Assembly (NCBI GenBank): GCA_963765675.1
Contig: CAVXXK010000001.1
Span: 1,216,001-1,280,000, forward strand
Origin: an uncultured delta proteobacterium
GTDB lineage: Bacteria; Desulfobacterota; Binatia; Binatales; Binataceae
Length of the DNA stretch: 64,000 nucleotides
Direction: 5' to 3'
The notes under the pieces were generated by a model. It saw only the letters and a list, made by a program, of their open reading frames with translations. It searched no databases and was not told where the DNA came from. Positions 9,218 to 21,569 of this stretch are shown here, in pieces; the first letter of the stretch is position 1, and each line of letters begins with the position of its first letter. Both the position numbers and the translations under genes were made by a program.

Positions 9218-9970
9218 ATGAAGATCGTCGTCATCGGCGGTACCGGCCTGATCGGCTCGAAGACCGTCGCCATTCTGCGCCAGGGCTGCCACGAGGTAGT
9301 CGCCGCCTCGCCCAAAAGCGGCGTTAACACCATCACCGGCGAGGGCCTCAAGGAGGCTATCGCCGGCGCGCAGGTGGTGATCGACCTCGCCAATTCACCC
9401 TCATTTGAAGACAAGGCTGTGCTGGAATTCTTCCAAACCGCAGGCCGCAACCTTCGCGCGGCGGAGGCCGGAGCCGACGTCCGGCACCATGTCGCGCTGT
9501 CCATCGTTGGAATCGATCGGAGCGACAATGGCTATTTCCGCGCCAAGGTCGCCCAAGAGAAACTGATCGAGACCTCCGGCATTCCTTACACCATCATCCG
9601 TTCGACCCAGTTCCTGGAATTCCTCGGCGGCATCGCTGCTTCAAGTGCGGATGGAAACATCGTCAGGCTGTCGCCCGGCCTGTTCCAGCCGATCGCGGCG
9701 GACGACGTTGCCGCCATCGTTGCCGAGGTGGCGCTCGCGGCGCCGCGAAACGGTATCGTCGAGATCGCCGGCCCGGAACGAGCGCCGTTCAACGAGATCG
9801 TTGCCCGCTATCTGAAGGCGGTCGGCGACCCGCGTGAAGTCGTGTGCGACCCCGAGGCCCGATACTTCGGCGGCCGGGTCGAGGAGTGCTCACTGGTGCC
9901 GTTGGGCGAAGCGCGCCTCGGCCGCATCGGTTTCGACGAATGGCTCCGCCGCTCACAGACAGGAGCCTGA
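9218..9970 (+). CDS. Atypical SDR / NmrA-like NAD(P)H-binding protein
   Basis: MKIVVIGGTGLIG, LSIVG, GYFRAK, YTIIRSTQF; GGAGG RBS. Confidence 0.92.
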   Translation: MKIVVIGGTGLIGSKTVAILRQGCHEVVAASPKSGVNTITGEGLKEAIAGAQVVIDLANSPSFEDKAVLEFFQTAGRNLRAAEAGADVRHHVALSIVGIDRSDNGYFRAKVAQEKLIETSGIPYTIIRSTQFLEFLGGIAASSADGNIVRLSPGLFQPIAADDVAAIVAEVALAAPRNGIVEIAGPERAPFNEIVARYLKAVGDPREVVCDPEARYFGGRVEECSLVPLGEARLGRIGFDEWLRRSQTGA

Positions 9971-9999
9971 TCTCGCATCCCCCGACGAAGGAGAGAGCC

Positions 10000-10435
10000 A
10001 TGAAACGGACCCTCTGTGCGCTGCTTGCCGCCTGTGCGCTGCTTGTTGCCGCCCTGCCATTCGGCGGCGCGCTAGCGGAAGCGCCCAAGTCGAAGAACGC
10101 CAAGGTCACCCTCGTCTACCGGCACGAGCTGCCGAACTGTCCCGGCAAGAGCATCAAGGGCGTGCTCGTCGAATACGGCCCGGGCGGCTACTCGTCTGCT
10201 CACACGCATCCCAAATCCGCCTTTATCTACGCGACCGTGCTTGAGGGAGCGATCCGCAGTCAGGTCAACGACGGACCGGTCACGACCTACGAGGCCGGGA
10301 CAGAGCTTCTCCGAGCTGCCCGGCGACCGCCACGGCGTCAGCGCCAATGCCAGCGAGACGAAGCCGGCCAAGCTCCTCGCGGTGTTCGTGGTGAACACCG
10401 ACGAGACGGAACTGACGATCCCGTTTGGGAACTGA
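10000..10435 (+). CDS. Secreted cupin-domain protein (apparent +1 frameshift near 10298)
   Basis: Signal peptide, then VEYGPGG, HTHP, VLEG in one frame and GQSFSELPGDRH, KPAKLLAVFVV in the next. Confidence 0.85.
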
Positions 10436-10528
10436 GGTCCTAAGTACCGGGCGAAAGGGCGGACAGAGGGTACCGGACAACATCGTGCGGTGCGCCTCGC
10501 GGTTGTGAACTAATGGAGAATCGCGACA

Positions 10529-12037
10529 ATGCCTGATGGAAACTCGACTGAGTCCGCTGGCAAATCCCTCCACGAACCGGCGCCATCTGCACCGACGCCG
10601 GAGGCCGATGCGTCAATCGCACAAGCCCCAACGGGGAAGCAGCTTCAAAGGCGGCAGTTGTGGATGTGGATCGCCGGCGGTGTGCTTCTCCTTTTGGCGC
10701 TATACGAGGCCATCCCGCGGGCCATCACTGCCTTCAGAACAGAGTCAACAGACGACGCCTACGTTAACGGACACGTGACGTTTGTGGCGCCGCGGGTGCC
10801 TGGTCAGGTCGTGCGTGTGCTGGTGGACGACAACAATCGCGTGCGGAAGGGCACCGTGCTTGTGCAGCTTGACAAGGAACCGTACCAAGTCAAGGTCGAA
10901 ATCGCGCGAGCTGCGCTGTCGGTTGCGCAGGTCGGCATTGTCACAGCACAAGCGAAAGTTCGGGGCCTTGAGAGTTTGGCGCGCAGCCAGAGGTTCGATC
11001 TGGCAAATGCGATGCACAACCTCAACAACCAAGTCGCCGACCTGCACTCCAAAGTAGATGCTCTTCAAGCCGCGAATGCCACCCTGATCAAGACCCAGGC
11101 CGACTTCGGGCGGGAGAAGCAGCTGTACCAACAGCAGGTTATATCAAGACAGCAGTTCGATTCGTTCCAGGAAGCCTTTTCGGTAGCTCAGGCACAGCAG
11201 CAGAAGGCTCAGCATGATGTCGCGGCGGTTCGTGCCGAACTTGGGCTGGCAGCCACATCCAAAAACGGTGATGAGCTCAGCGGCATACCCGCGAATCTCG
11301 ACCAAACCTATTCAGCGGTCAAGGTTGCCCAGGAGCGACTGATGCAGACTGCGGCCGAGCTCGGGTCTTTTCATTCATTCAATGAGTCTCCCGAACAGAT
11401 GCTCGCCGAGTTCTACAAACGCGACTCATCCGGCAATATCGATGCGATCTTCGATGAGATTTCCAAAAATGCACCCGACACCAAACAGGCTGAGGCCAAG
11501 TTGAAGGAGGCCCAAGCCAATCTCGATCAAGCCGAGCTGAACCTTTCCTATTGCGATATCGTGGCCGACATTGACGGTGTCGTGACGCGTCGCAACGTCA
11601 ACCCAGGCGATCAGGTTATCGCCGGGCAGGGGCTGATGGCGCTGCGATCTCTCACCGATATTTGGGTCGACGCTAACTTCAAGGAGACGCAACTGGCGAA
11701 TCTGCGTATCGGACAGCCGGTGGAGCTCGACGTCGACATGTACGGCAGTCATCGGCATTTTCAGGGTCGCGTTTCCGGATTCACGATGGGAACCGGATCT
11801 ACGCTGGCGCTTTTGCCGGCCGAAAATGCGACGGGAAACTTCGTCAAGGTTGTGCAACGGCTGCCGGTGCGAATCGAGTTGACCAATTACGATCCTGACG
11901 TAGCTCCTCTGTTCATCGGGCTATCGGTCACTCCGTACGTATACATCCACCAGACGCCTACCGGTCCGAACGCTGGCAAGATGCTTCAAGCCTCAGTATC
12001 CGGGACTGGTTCTGTTTCCGCGCCCGGCCGTCAATGA
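10529..12037 (+). CDS. emrA: HlyD/EmrA-type membrane fusion protein
   Basis: N-terminal TM, STDDAYV, WVDANFKETQL, LLPAENATGNFVKVVQRLPVRI. Confidence 0.92.
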   Translation: MPDGNSTESAGKSLHEPAPSAPTPEADASIAQAPTGKQLQRRQLWMWIAGGVLLLLALYEAIPRAITAFRTESTDDAYVNGHVTFVAPRVPGQVVRVLVDDNNRVRKGTVLVQLDKEPYQVKVEIARAALSVAQVGIVTAQAKVRGLESLARSQRFDLANAMHNLNNQVADLHSKVDALQAANATLIKTQADFGREKQLYQQQVISRQQFDSFQEAFSVAQAQQQKAQHDVAAVRAELGLAATSKNGDELSGIPANLDQTYSAVKVAQERLMQTAAELGSFHSFNESPEQMLAEFYKRDSSGNIDAIFDEISKNAPDTKQAEAKLKEAQANLDQAELNLSYCDIVADIDGVVTRRNVNPGDQVIAGQGLMALRSLTDIWVDANFKETQLANLRIGQPVELDVDMYGSHRHFQGRVSGFTMGTGSTLALLPAENATGNFVKVVQRLPVRIELTNYDPDVAPLFIGLSVTPYVYIHQTPTGPNAGKMLQASVSGTGSVSAPGRQ

Positions 12038-13641
12038 GTGCCGCCGCGCTCCAGGTTCCGCTCGCGAGGCGATCGGTCAATCCGTGGCTGATAGCGTTTG
12101 CAGTGGTAATCCCGACCTTCATGGAGGTTCTGGATACTACAATCGCGAATGTTTCCTTGCGTTATATTGCCGGCGGTTTATCGGCTGCCAATGTTGACAG
12201 CGAGTGGGTCATCACCGCTTACCTCGCATCCAATGCGATCGTTCTGCCGATTTCCGGATGGCTCGCCCTGCGGCTCGGCAGGCGAAACTATTTCCTGCTC
12301 TCGATAGCCATCTTTACGTTGGCGTCCGCGTTGTGCGGAATGGCCGGAAGCCTTGGATTCATAATCGCATCTCGAGCGCTTCAGGGTGTGGCCGGCGGTG
12401 GTCTCCAACCCTCGAGCCAGGCTGTGCTTCTTGATGCGTTCCCGCAAGAGAAACAAGGCCAGGCGATGACGATCTTTGGGATGGCGGCACTTCTCGCGCC
12501 AGTCGTCGGGCCGACGCTCGGCGGCTATATCACCGACAACTACGGCTGGCGCTGGATCTTCTATCTGAACGTGCCTATCGGCCTGTTGGCCTATTTGATG
12601 TGCCACGCGCTGGTCCAAGATCCGGAATATCTAAAAGTTGAACGGGCCAAGAATCGGAATCGACGCGAACCCTTCGATATGCTCGGCCTCTGTCTGCTGA
12701 CTGTGACCATGGTTTGCTGGGAGGTCATGCTCAGCAAGGGGCAGGAGTGGGACTGGCTCGGCGATCCGTTCTATCGCGTGCAAACCCTGTTGATCCTCTT
12801 TGGGCTCGGCTTGGGCGGCTTGATCTATCGCGAATTGCATCTGCGCAATCCACTAGTCGCGCTCCGAACGATGGCCGACCGAAACTTTGGCACCTGCTGC
12901 GTCATTATCTTCTGCGCATACGGAGTGCTGTACGCGAACACCATTTCGCTTCCCGCTTTGCTGCAATCACTTTTTGGCTACGACGCCACAACCTCGGGGT
13001 TGGTTCTATCGCCATCAGGAATCTTCGCGATTATCATGCTCGTCGTCGTCGGCGCTCTGCTATCTCGCGGAGTCGATGCTCGATACCTGATGGCGGGCGG
13101 ATTACTCACGATGGCCGTGGGAAACTACTGGATGGCACTCCTTAACCTGAATATCAGTCCGTGGCAGGTGGTGTGGCCGAGGGTAGTGGTGATCGCGGGG
13201 TTGTCGATGCTATTCGCGCCTCTTAACGTGGCAGCGTTTATCTATCTACCGAAGGAGATCCGCGGCCCAGCGGTTGGATTGCTCGCTCTGCTGCGCAACG
13301 AAGGCGGCAGCGTGGGAACTTCGGTCGCGCAAATAATTCAGGAACGACGCGAGCAGTTTCATACCCTGCGGCTGAACGAAAGCCTCGATCCCCTGAACCC
13401 TCCGGTCAACTCTCTCTTGGCACGGGGCCAGGCGTATTTTCTGCAGCACAACGGCGATGCTGTGTTGTCACATCAAATGGCGCTAGGGGTTCTCGACCAG
13501 TCGCGAGCTCAGCAGGCCTCGGCATTGGCCTACTTTGACGTCTTCTCCTTTTCGGCTGCGGTCGGCTTGATGTTGGTATTCTCTATCCTGCTCATGCGTC
13601 GTTCGGTAGCCGAGAAAGGGGCCCCGATTGGTGGGGAGTAG
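12034..13641 (+). CDS. emrB: DHA2 (EmrB/QacA) MFS efflux permease
   Basis: FMEVLDTTIANV, GPTLGGYITDNYGWRWIFYLNVPIG, multiple TM helices; ATGA overlap with emrA. Confidence 0.94.
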   Translation: MSAAALQVPLARRSVNPWLIAFAVVIPTFMEVLDTTIANVSLRYIAGGLSAANVDSEWVITAYLASNAIVLPISGWLALRLGRRNYFLLSIAIFTLASALCGMAGSLGFIIASRALQGVAGGGLQPSSQAVLLDAFPQEKQGQAMTIFGMAALLAPVVGPTLGGYITDNYGWRWIFYLNVPIGLLAYLMCHALVQDPEYLKVERAKNRNRREPFDMLGLCLLTVTMVCWEVMLSKGQEWDWLGDPFYRVQTLLILFGLGLGGLIYRELHLRNPLVALRTMADRNFGTCCVIIFCAYGVLYANTISLPALLQSLFGYDATTSGLVLSPSGIFAIIMLVVVGALLSRGVDARYLMAGGLLTMAVGNYWMALLNLNISPWQVVWPRVVVIAGLSMLFAPLNVAAFIYLPKEIRGPAVGLLALLRNEGGSVGTSVAQIIQERREQFHTLRLNESLDPLNPPVNSLLARGQAYFLQHNGDAVLSHQMALGVLDQSRAQQASALAYFDVFSFSAAVGLMLVFSILLMRRSVAEKGAPIGGE

Positions 13642-13988
13642 CCAGTTCTCGTTCAAGTCAGCCGGTAAAGTAGCGCGCGATGCCCGCGGCAACGTCGTCC
13701 TCGAGGTCGCAATCTTATTGTTTCGAGTAGCCCGATCCGAGAAATGATTCGCGCAAGGCGGACGCTTACATCCAAGTTTCGGACATATAATTGGCTGCAC
13801 ATTGGCGCGGTAGAGTCTGCAGTTCGGGGGGTTAATTCAAATGGTCGCGCCGGCAGGCTGTGTGGAAGCGTTCGATGTACAGCGAAGACCGCGCCATCGA
13901 CCAGATCGCTTTTCGGTGAAAGTGTTCGCCCTAGTTGTAACTCCAAATCGCGCGTACTCAGCTCAGCCGGAAATTCCGGCTTGAACGC

Positions 13989-14930
13989 TCATCTTCCCTT
14001 GGGAATGAACCCCGGGATGCCCGTGTCAACCACCGAATTGAGCCTGACTCGGGTACTGATTCCTTGAGCGATCTCTTCGATGGCGTCGTCGGGAAGAGCC
14101 GAGACATCAAAATTTTCCTCGATGTGGCGGATGCTTGTAGCCGTGGTGAGAGGAGCCGTGCCGCGCTGCAGCGCCCAGGCAAGTAGGACTTGAGCTGGGG
14201 TTTTGTGGACGCGCTTCGCAATGACGCTGATCACAGGATCGTCGATCAATTTCGGTTCGATACCATGACCCAGAGCAGCGAACGCCTGCATCACGATGCC
14301 ATTCCTCTTGCAATAGTCGAGCAGATCCCATTCAGGGAGATATGGATGAGATTCAACCTGAACAACCGCCGGCTTTATGCGTGCGATTTCAAACACCTCT
14401 TTCAGTTGTTCCAAACTGATGTTCGACAATCCGATCGCCTTGCACTGACCTTCGTCGACGAGGCTCTCCAAAGCCTTCCATGTATTCGTCAGAGTCGTCG
14501 CGTCGTCATAAATCACCCTACCGTTCTTGTCTCTGGGGTCTTGCTCGTCGCCGGGTTTGAAAGCGAATGGAGTGTGGATGCTGTATAGATCGATATAGTC
14601 CAGTTGCAGTCTTTTCAGACTTGCCTCGAAGGCGGGCTTAACGCGTTCGGGACGATGATTGTTGTTCCAGAGCTTCGTACCCACAAAAACGTCCCTCCGT
14701 TTGAGCTTACCCTCCTTGAACACCGCCCGCATTGCTTCGCCCACCTGTTCTTCATTTCGGTACCGCTCAGCGCAATCGAATTGACGGAAGCCCACCTCCA
14801 GAGAGATCCTAACTGCCTCTTTTGTTGCGATCGGATCAGGAATCAGCGTCCCAAACCCGAGCGCGGGAATCTCATCAGAGCCGTTATTGAGCGGTATCGT
14901 TGTATGGCGAAGGCCGTAGGCGTCACTCAT
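13989..14930 (-). CDS. Aldo/keto reductase
   Basis: IPALGFGT, FDCAERY, TKLW, LDYIDLY.IH, IGLSN, QVESHPY. Confidence 0.95.
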   Translation of the reverse strand: MSDAYGLRHTTIPLNNGSDEIPALGFGTLIPDPIATKEAVRISLEVGFRQFDCAERYRNEEQVGEAMRAVFKEGKLKRRDVFVGTKLWNNNHRPERVKPAFEASLKRLQLDYIDLYSIHTPFAFKPGDEQDPRDKNGRVIYDDATTLTNTWKALESLVDEGQCKAIGLSNISLEQLKEVFEIARIKPAVVQVESHPYLPEWDLLDYCKRNGIVMQAFAALGHGIEPKLIDDPVISVIAKRVHKTPAQVLLAWALQRGTAPLTTATSIRHIEENFDVSALPDDAIEEIAQGISTRVRLNSVVDTGIPGFIPKGR

Positions 14931-15138
14931 AAAACATTACCCCTATGCAAATCGCATTCTGAGTCGATTGTAACAAAGCTCTCCGAGGAATGGCGAATCG
15001 TTGCCAGCGAACGAGCTCACCAAGCCGGGAGCCTGACGATCGACGCGGGCAAATGTCTTCGCGCGCCAGCACTCCCTTCGATCAACTTTAAAGGATAATC
15101 TCTAACGAAACTGTTAAGACGCGCAAAGGAGACAGTCC

Positions 15139-15630
15139 ATGGCCGGGAAGAACCTCGGTGACGCCTTCGGCGGCAAGATCACCACCTTGGAAGAACAGCG
15201 CGCAATCTGGCTCGATGCCCTGCATGAGGACGCCATCTGGGAGGGACCGACGTTCGAGATCCCGGTGACGCTGATCGGGTTCGAGGCAGTGAGCCGTTTT
15301 ATGGAATTTCTGCTGAGTGTGGTTCCGCGCTTCAACACAACGCCGGCAGCGATGTATCCCACAGCCGATCCGGATACTACCATCGTGGAATCATCAGGCG
15401 GTGGCGATACGGTAAACGGCGGCCGCTATACGCAGCGCTACTTCACCTTGATCACCATCAAAAACGGTCAGGCGTTCCGCATGCGCGAATACGTCAATCC
15501 GTTCCAGACCTACAAGAGCTTCGGGAAGGAGCGCTGGGAGCGTGTCGTCGGCGAGATCGCGGCGAAGCACAACCGGCCCTGGCCGGCGTCGCAACTCCCC
15601 GACCCGATCGTGTTGCCGCCACTCAGGTAA
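15139..15630 (+). CDS. NTF2/SnoaL-fold protein (PhzA/PhzB-like)
   Basis: YPTADPD.TIVE, G.Y.QRY, MREYVNP; AGGAG RBS. Confidence 0.8.
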   Translation: MAGKNLGDAFGGKITTLEEQRAIWLDALHEDAIWEGPTFEIPVTLIGFEAVSRFMEFLLSVVPRFNTTPAAMYPTADPDTTIVESSGGGDTVNGGRYTQRYFTLITIKNGQAFRMREYVNPFQTYKSFGKERWERVVGEIAAKHNRPWPASQLPDPIVLPPLR

Positions 15631-15730
15631 AGGCTGTCGTCCGCATCGTGCGAGCAAACTCGCCTCAGATTGGGACCATGAAATGAGGGCGGCCTTGATG
15701 GCGGCCTCATTCCTGATGTCGCTCCCTTTG

Positions 15731-16873
15731 CTACTTTTTGCCCCGAGTTGGCAAACGAATGACGCCGGTTGCCAGCACCGACAGTTCGCCGTCCTGATTG
15801 ACCGCGCGCTGTGCGATCTCAGCATAATGCGCTCCCGCCTCGGCAAAGGTGCGTGTCACCTCACCATCGATGTAGAGCGTATCGCCGACCGGATTGTGAC
15901 GCCGAATTTTTACCTCGAGCTTTTGCAGGAAGCCGCTGTCGCCCATCCAATTTGTAAGATGATGGGACATCCAGGAGCATCGCTCCGGACCATAGTCGTA
16001 AGCGGCGGGCGTTCCGACCAGCGTGGCTAGGTCATCCTCCCAGTGCACGCGTTCGGGAACGTCGGGAATGCCGAATTTGTTGGGAATCCCCAGCCCGGGA
16101 TGCTTCTGCAACTGCTTCCACGCGAGCTTGTTTGCGCGGATGTAGAGGCCGCCCCATCCCTGCGCGAACGCGATGAAGCCGGTGACCGTCATGGGGCCCT
16201 TCACCATGGTCGGCAGTTTGTCGCCGATATGGACATCATCTACATAACGCGGGTTCGCGCCGCGGATTTCCTCGGCCTCATAGAGCGAGAAAATCTTCGC
16301 GAGGTCCTCGCGCGTATACTTTACCGGTGCACGGTTTTTCACCGATTCATACTTGGTACCCCGCTCGCGAGCGGTGTCGCGTTCGGTGCGGAAGCACCAG
16401 CTATCGCCCTCGGCGACGAGCTCGCGATTCTGATTGTAAAATTCGCATCGATAAATTTGCTGAATCGAGCGGCCGGCGAAGCGCGTCTCATGCTCCACGA
16501 GATCCTTCAGCCACACTTTCGTCGTGAACGAGTCGCCGAGCATCATCGCCTGATGCCAGGTGACATTGATGCCGGCGAACATCGCATGCACGCCGGCGAG
16601 ACCTCCGACGTATCCGCTGAACGATCTGTTGAGTGGAAAGATAAACGAGGGCGGCGCCTGCACGCGTCCGAACTCAGTGTTCGCGGCATAGTTCGGATCG
16701 CACCAAAGAGGATTGTCGTCGCCGATTCCGTGCGCCCAATGGCGGATGTTGTCGCGCGAGGCCTCGTAGCACCACGGCTCGAGTGAATCTTCAATCGGAA
16801 CCCCAATCAGCTTTTTCAGACCAACCAGACTCTCGTCGCTGATTACAGAAAAGCGCTGCCGAGTTTCAGACAT
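15731..16873 (-). CDS. Tandem MaoC-like double hot-dog acyl dehydratase
   Basis: IRHWAHGIGDDNPLW in the N-half; DVHIGDKLP, VHW, YDYGPER, NWMGD in the C-half. Confidence 0.85.
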   Translation of the reverse strand: MSETRQRFSVISDESLVGLKKLIGVPIEDSLEPWCYEASRDNIRHWAHGIGDDNPLWCDPNYAANTEFGRVQAPPSFIFPLNRSFSGYVGGLAGVHAMFAGINVTWHQAMMLGDSFTTKVWLKDLVEHETRFAGRSIQQIYRCEFYNQNRELVAEGDSWCFRTERDTARERGTKYESVKNRAPVKYTREDLAKIFSLYEAEEIRGANPRYVDDVHIGDKLPTMVKGPMTVTGFIAFAQGWGGLYIRANKLAWKQLQKHPGLGIPNKFGIPDVPERVHWEDDLATLVGTPAAYDYGPERCSWMSHHLTNWMGDSGFLQKLEVKIRRHNPVGDTLYIDGEVTRTFAEAGAHYAEIAQRAVNQDGELSVLATGVIRLPTRGKK

Positions 16874-17118
16874 GGAATATCTATAGACTGTCCAAATTTG
16901 CTGTCAACGGAAAACACGACTTAGTTCGGCAGGTTGGTTCACCCAACCGAAAGAGGCTTGTCTCGATGGCCTCGCGAAAATCGGCGCTGCAATTAGCGCG
17001 TCTCGCAAAAAGTCGTCTGCCTGATACCCGCCTCGATCTTGTGTCTGCTCTACAGTGTGCGATAAGCATGAAAATCTGAGCTTGGCGCGCGAACGATGAC
17101 GGACAAGTGGGATAAGAA

Positions 17119-18939
<1,821 letters not shown>

Positions 18940-19000
18940 GCAGCGACCCTAACGTCGTTTCTAATAATCCTCCCCCGTGTCGGACAACGGGAGAGGAATC

Positions 19001-19036
19001 AGAAAAAAGAAGGGCAGCGCCTGGGCGCCGCCCTTC
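19001..19036 (-). terminator. Intrinsic terminator for the minus-strand LLM gene
   Basis: gaagggcggcgcc/ggcgctgcccttc stem followed by a T6 tract on the minus strand. Confidence 0.7.
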
Positions 19037-19070
19037 GGGTTTCGTGGCGATAAGAAAATAGTCGCGCGGA

Positions 19071-20156
19071 TCAGGCGGCCTCTGCCTTTACGCCGTTGAG
19101 CTTCTTCAGCTCGGGCATCACATCGCTGGCGAACAGGCGCAGGCTCTTTTCCGCGTCCTCGATCGGCATGCCCGCGTAGCTGAATACGCCGGTGTAATGA
19201 TCCGCGTTCACTTTCACGCGGATTTCATCGATCTTGTTAAAACAATCCTCAGGCGTGCCCCACACCTGCAGGCTGAGGAAATATTCGACCGACGCGTCCT
19301 TGTTCGAGCCTTTCAGGTTTTTGGACATCTGCTCGTAATACTCGTAGCCCTTGGCCTTGCCGAAATGGTCGCTCGCCATCTCGTAGTGGCGCAGCGCCGT
19401 TTCCCAGTAGCCGCCGATATATTTCACCGCCATCTCGCGCGCGCGGTCGCGGCTCTTGTCGCAGAAAGTCCATCCGGCCGCGATCGTCGGCAGCGGCTCG
19501 CCGCCGTTAACCTGCTTGTAGATCGTTCGATACTCGGCCAGTTCCTGCGCGACCGCTTCCCACGGTTTCTGCGGGATGATCAGGATGCCGATACCGAGCT
19601 TGGCCATGATTCGCGCCGATTCGGGCGAGACTGCGGCGGCGTAGGTGCGGCCCTTGAACGACTTGAACGGCTTGGGACGGATATCGCGCCGGGGCTGCTT
19701 CAGGTACGTGCCGTCGGCCTCCATGTAGCCGCGCTCGAGGGCTTCGAGAATCGCAGCCGAATATTCGATAAAGCGATCGCGCGACTCGCCCATATCGAGC
19801 CGGAAGCCGTCGTACTCGATCCGCGCAAGTCCGCGCCCGAGTCCCAGGATCATGCGGCCGTTTGATTGATGATCAACCACCGACACCTGCTCGGCCACGC
19901 GAATCGGATCGTGCCACGGCACCACCACGACCATCGAGCCGAGCTGGACCTTCGTGGTGCGGCCGGCGTAGTAGCTCAGGAACTGCAGCACGTCGGGGCA
20001 CATCGTGTAGTCGTCGAAGTGATGCTCGACGCTCCAGATCGAATCGAATCCGAGCGGTTCGTAAAGGTCGCCGATCCGGAGATCGTCGCGATACACGTCG
20101 CGGTCCGAGCGGGTGTTATGGGGATTCTGGAAAATTACTGCGCCACCAACTTTCAT
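19071..20156 (-). CDS. LLM-class flavin-dependent monooxygenase
   Basis: GFDSIWSVEHHF, PWHDPIRVAE, GRMILGLGRG, WGTPE. Confidence 0.93.
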   Translation of the reverse strand: MKVGGAVIFQNPHNTRSDRDVYRDDLRIGDLYEPLGFDSIWSVEHHFDDYTMCPDVLQFLSYYAGRTTKVQLGSMVVVVPWHDPIRVAEQVSVVDHQSNGRMILGLGRGLARIEYDGFRLDMGESRDRFIEYSAAILEALERGYMEADGTYLKQPRRDIRPKPFKSFKGRTYAAAVSPESARIMAKLGIGILIIPQKPWEAVAQELAEYRTIYKQVNGGEPLPTIAAGWTFCDKSRDRAREMAVKYIGGYWETALRHYEMASDHFGKAKGYEYYEQMSKNLKGSNKDASVEYFLSLQVWGTPEDCFNKIDEIRVKVNADHYTGVFSYAGMPIEDAEKSLRLFASDVMPELKKLNGVKAEAA

Positions 20157-20348
20157 GGGTTTGTCCTCCAGCCCGGACGCGCCTGCGTACCGGAAATCCT
20201 GTCTGCAAAGCTGCTACCACGTCTTGGCGGTCATTGCAAAGCCACTACTAAACGGTCGGTATGTAACCCGTCGGCCTTGTGCGATGCCGCTCTCGCTTGC
20301 CTTCGCGAGGCCCTAGCGCGATTACTATTTCAGCACTAAGGAGCCGCC

Positions 20349-21506
20349 ATGCGAAGGGAAATTTTCACCGAAGAGCACGAGCTATTCCGCGCCCAGGTGC
20401 GCAGATTTGTCGAAAAGGAAATCGAACCCAAAGTTGCCGAATGGAATCGTGCCGGAATAAGCGACCGCGACTCCTGGCGCAAGCTTGGCGCGGCCGGCTA
20501 CCTGGGCGCGAACGCGCCGGCCGAGTTCGGCGGCTCGGGCGCCGATTTCCTCTACGACGCGATCGTGATCGAGGAGCTCGCGCGGGTGCGCGCGCACGGC
20601 CTCATGATGGGCCTGCATTCGGACATCTGCATGCCCTACATCAACACCTACGGCAGCGCCGAGCAGAAGCATCGCTACCTGACCGGCGCGATCAGCGGCG
20701 AGCTGATCCTCGCGATCGCGATGACCGAGCCGGGCACCGGCTCCGATCTGGCCGCGGTCCGCACCACGGCGCGCCGCGACGGCGACAGCTACGTCATCAA
20801 CGGCTCGAAGATTTTCATCTCGAACGGCCAGCTCGCCGATTTGGTGATCGTCGTGGCGAAGACCGATCCGAACGCGAACCCTCCCCATCGCGGAATCAGC
20901 CTGCTCCTGGTCGAGGGCAATGCTCCCGGCTTCGTGCGCGGGCGCAAGCTCGACAAGCTCGGCCTGCGGGGTCAGGACACCAGCGAGCTGTTCTTCGAGG
21001 ATTGCCGCGTGCCGGCGCAGAACCTGCTCGGAAAAGAGGGGCAGGGGTTCAAGATGCTGATGGAGAAGCTGCAGCAAGAGCGGCTGGTTGCCGCGATCGG
21101 CGCGGTCGAGAGCTCGCGGCGATGCCTCGACGACACGATCGCCTATACGAAAGAGCGCCGCGCCTTCGGCCAGCCGATCGCGTCGTTCCAGAACACGCAG
21201 TTTCGCCTCGCCGAGATGGCGACCGAGGTCGAGATCGGCCGCGTATTCGTCGACCGCCTGATGGCGGCGCACGTGCGCGGCGAAGAATTGGTGACCGAGG
21301 TCAGCATGGCGAAGTGGTGGACGACCGACCTGCTCAAGCGCGTCTCGAGCAATTGCCTGCAACTCTTCGGCGGCTACGGCTTCATGATGGAGTACCCGGT
21401 ATCAACCGACTACGCCGACGCCGCCGTGCAATCGATCTATGCAGGCACCAACGAAATAATGAAGGTAATAATCGCCCGCCGCATGGGCCTGGATAATCGC
21501 GGATGA
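20349..21506 (+). CDS. Acyl-CoA dehydrogenase (long-chain type)
   Basis: AMTEPGTGSDL, INGSKIFISNG, DTSELFFED, QQERL, GGYGFM.EY, IYAGTNEIMK. Confidence 0.96.
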   Translation: MRREIFTEEHELFRAQVRRFVEKEIEPKVAEWNRAGISDRDSWRKLGAAGYLGANAPAEFGGSGADFLYDAIVIEELARVRAHGLMMGLHSDICMPYINTYGSAEQKHRYLTGAISGELILAIAMTEPGTGSDLAAVRTTARRDGDSYVINGSKIFISNGQLADLVIVVAKTDPNANPPHRGISLLLVEGNAPGFVRGRKLDKLGLRGQDTSELFFEDCRVPAQNLLGKEGQGFKMLMEKLQQERLVAAIGAVESSRRCLDDTIAYTKERRAFGQPIASFQNTQFRLAEMATEVEIGRVFVDRLMAAHVRGEELVTEVSMAKWWTTDLLKRVSSNCLQLFGGYGFMMEYPVSTDYADAAVQSIYAGTNEIMKVIIARRMGLDNRG

Positions 21507-21569
21507 AGCGACGCGGGTCTCGACCATGACGCCTCGTCACCGTCAATTTTCATCAGGGAGAATACAGCG

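Noticed and set aside
13642-13988. Possible small ORFs or ncRNA in a long spacer
   Set aside because: No RBS-supported ORF with plausible composition and no recognisable RNA motif
15139-15630. Phenazine biosynthesis cluster from PhzA/B similarity
   Set aside because: No phzC-G genes nearby; generic SnoaL fold
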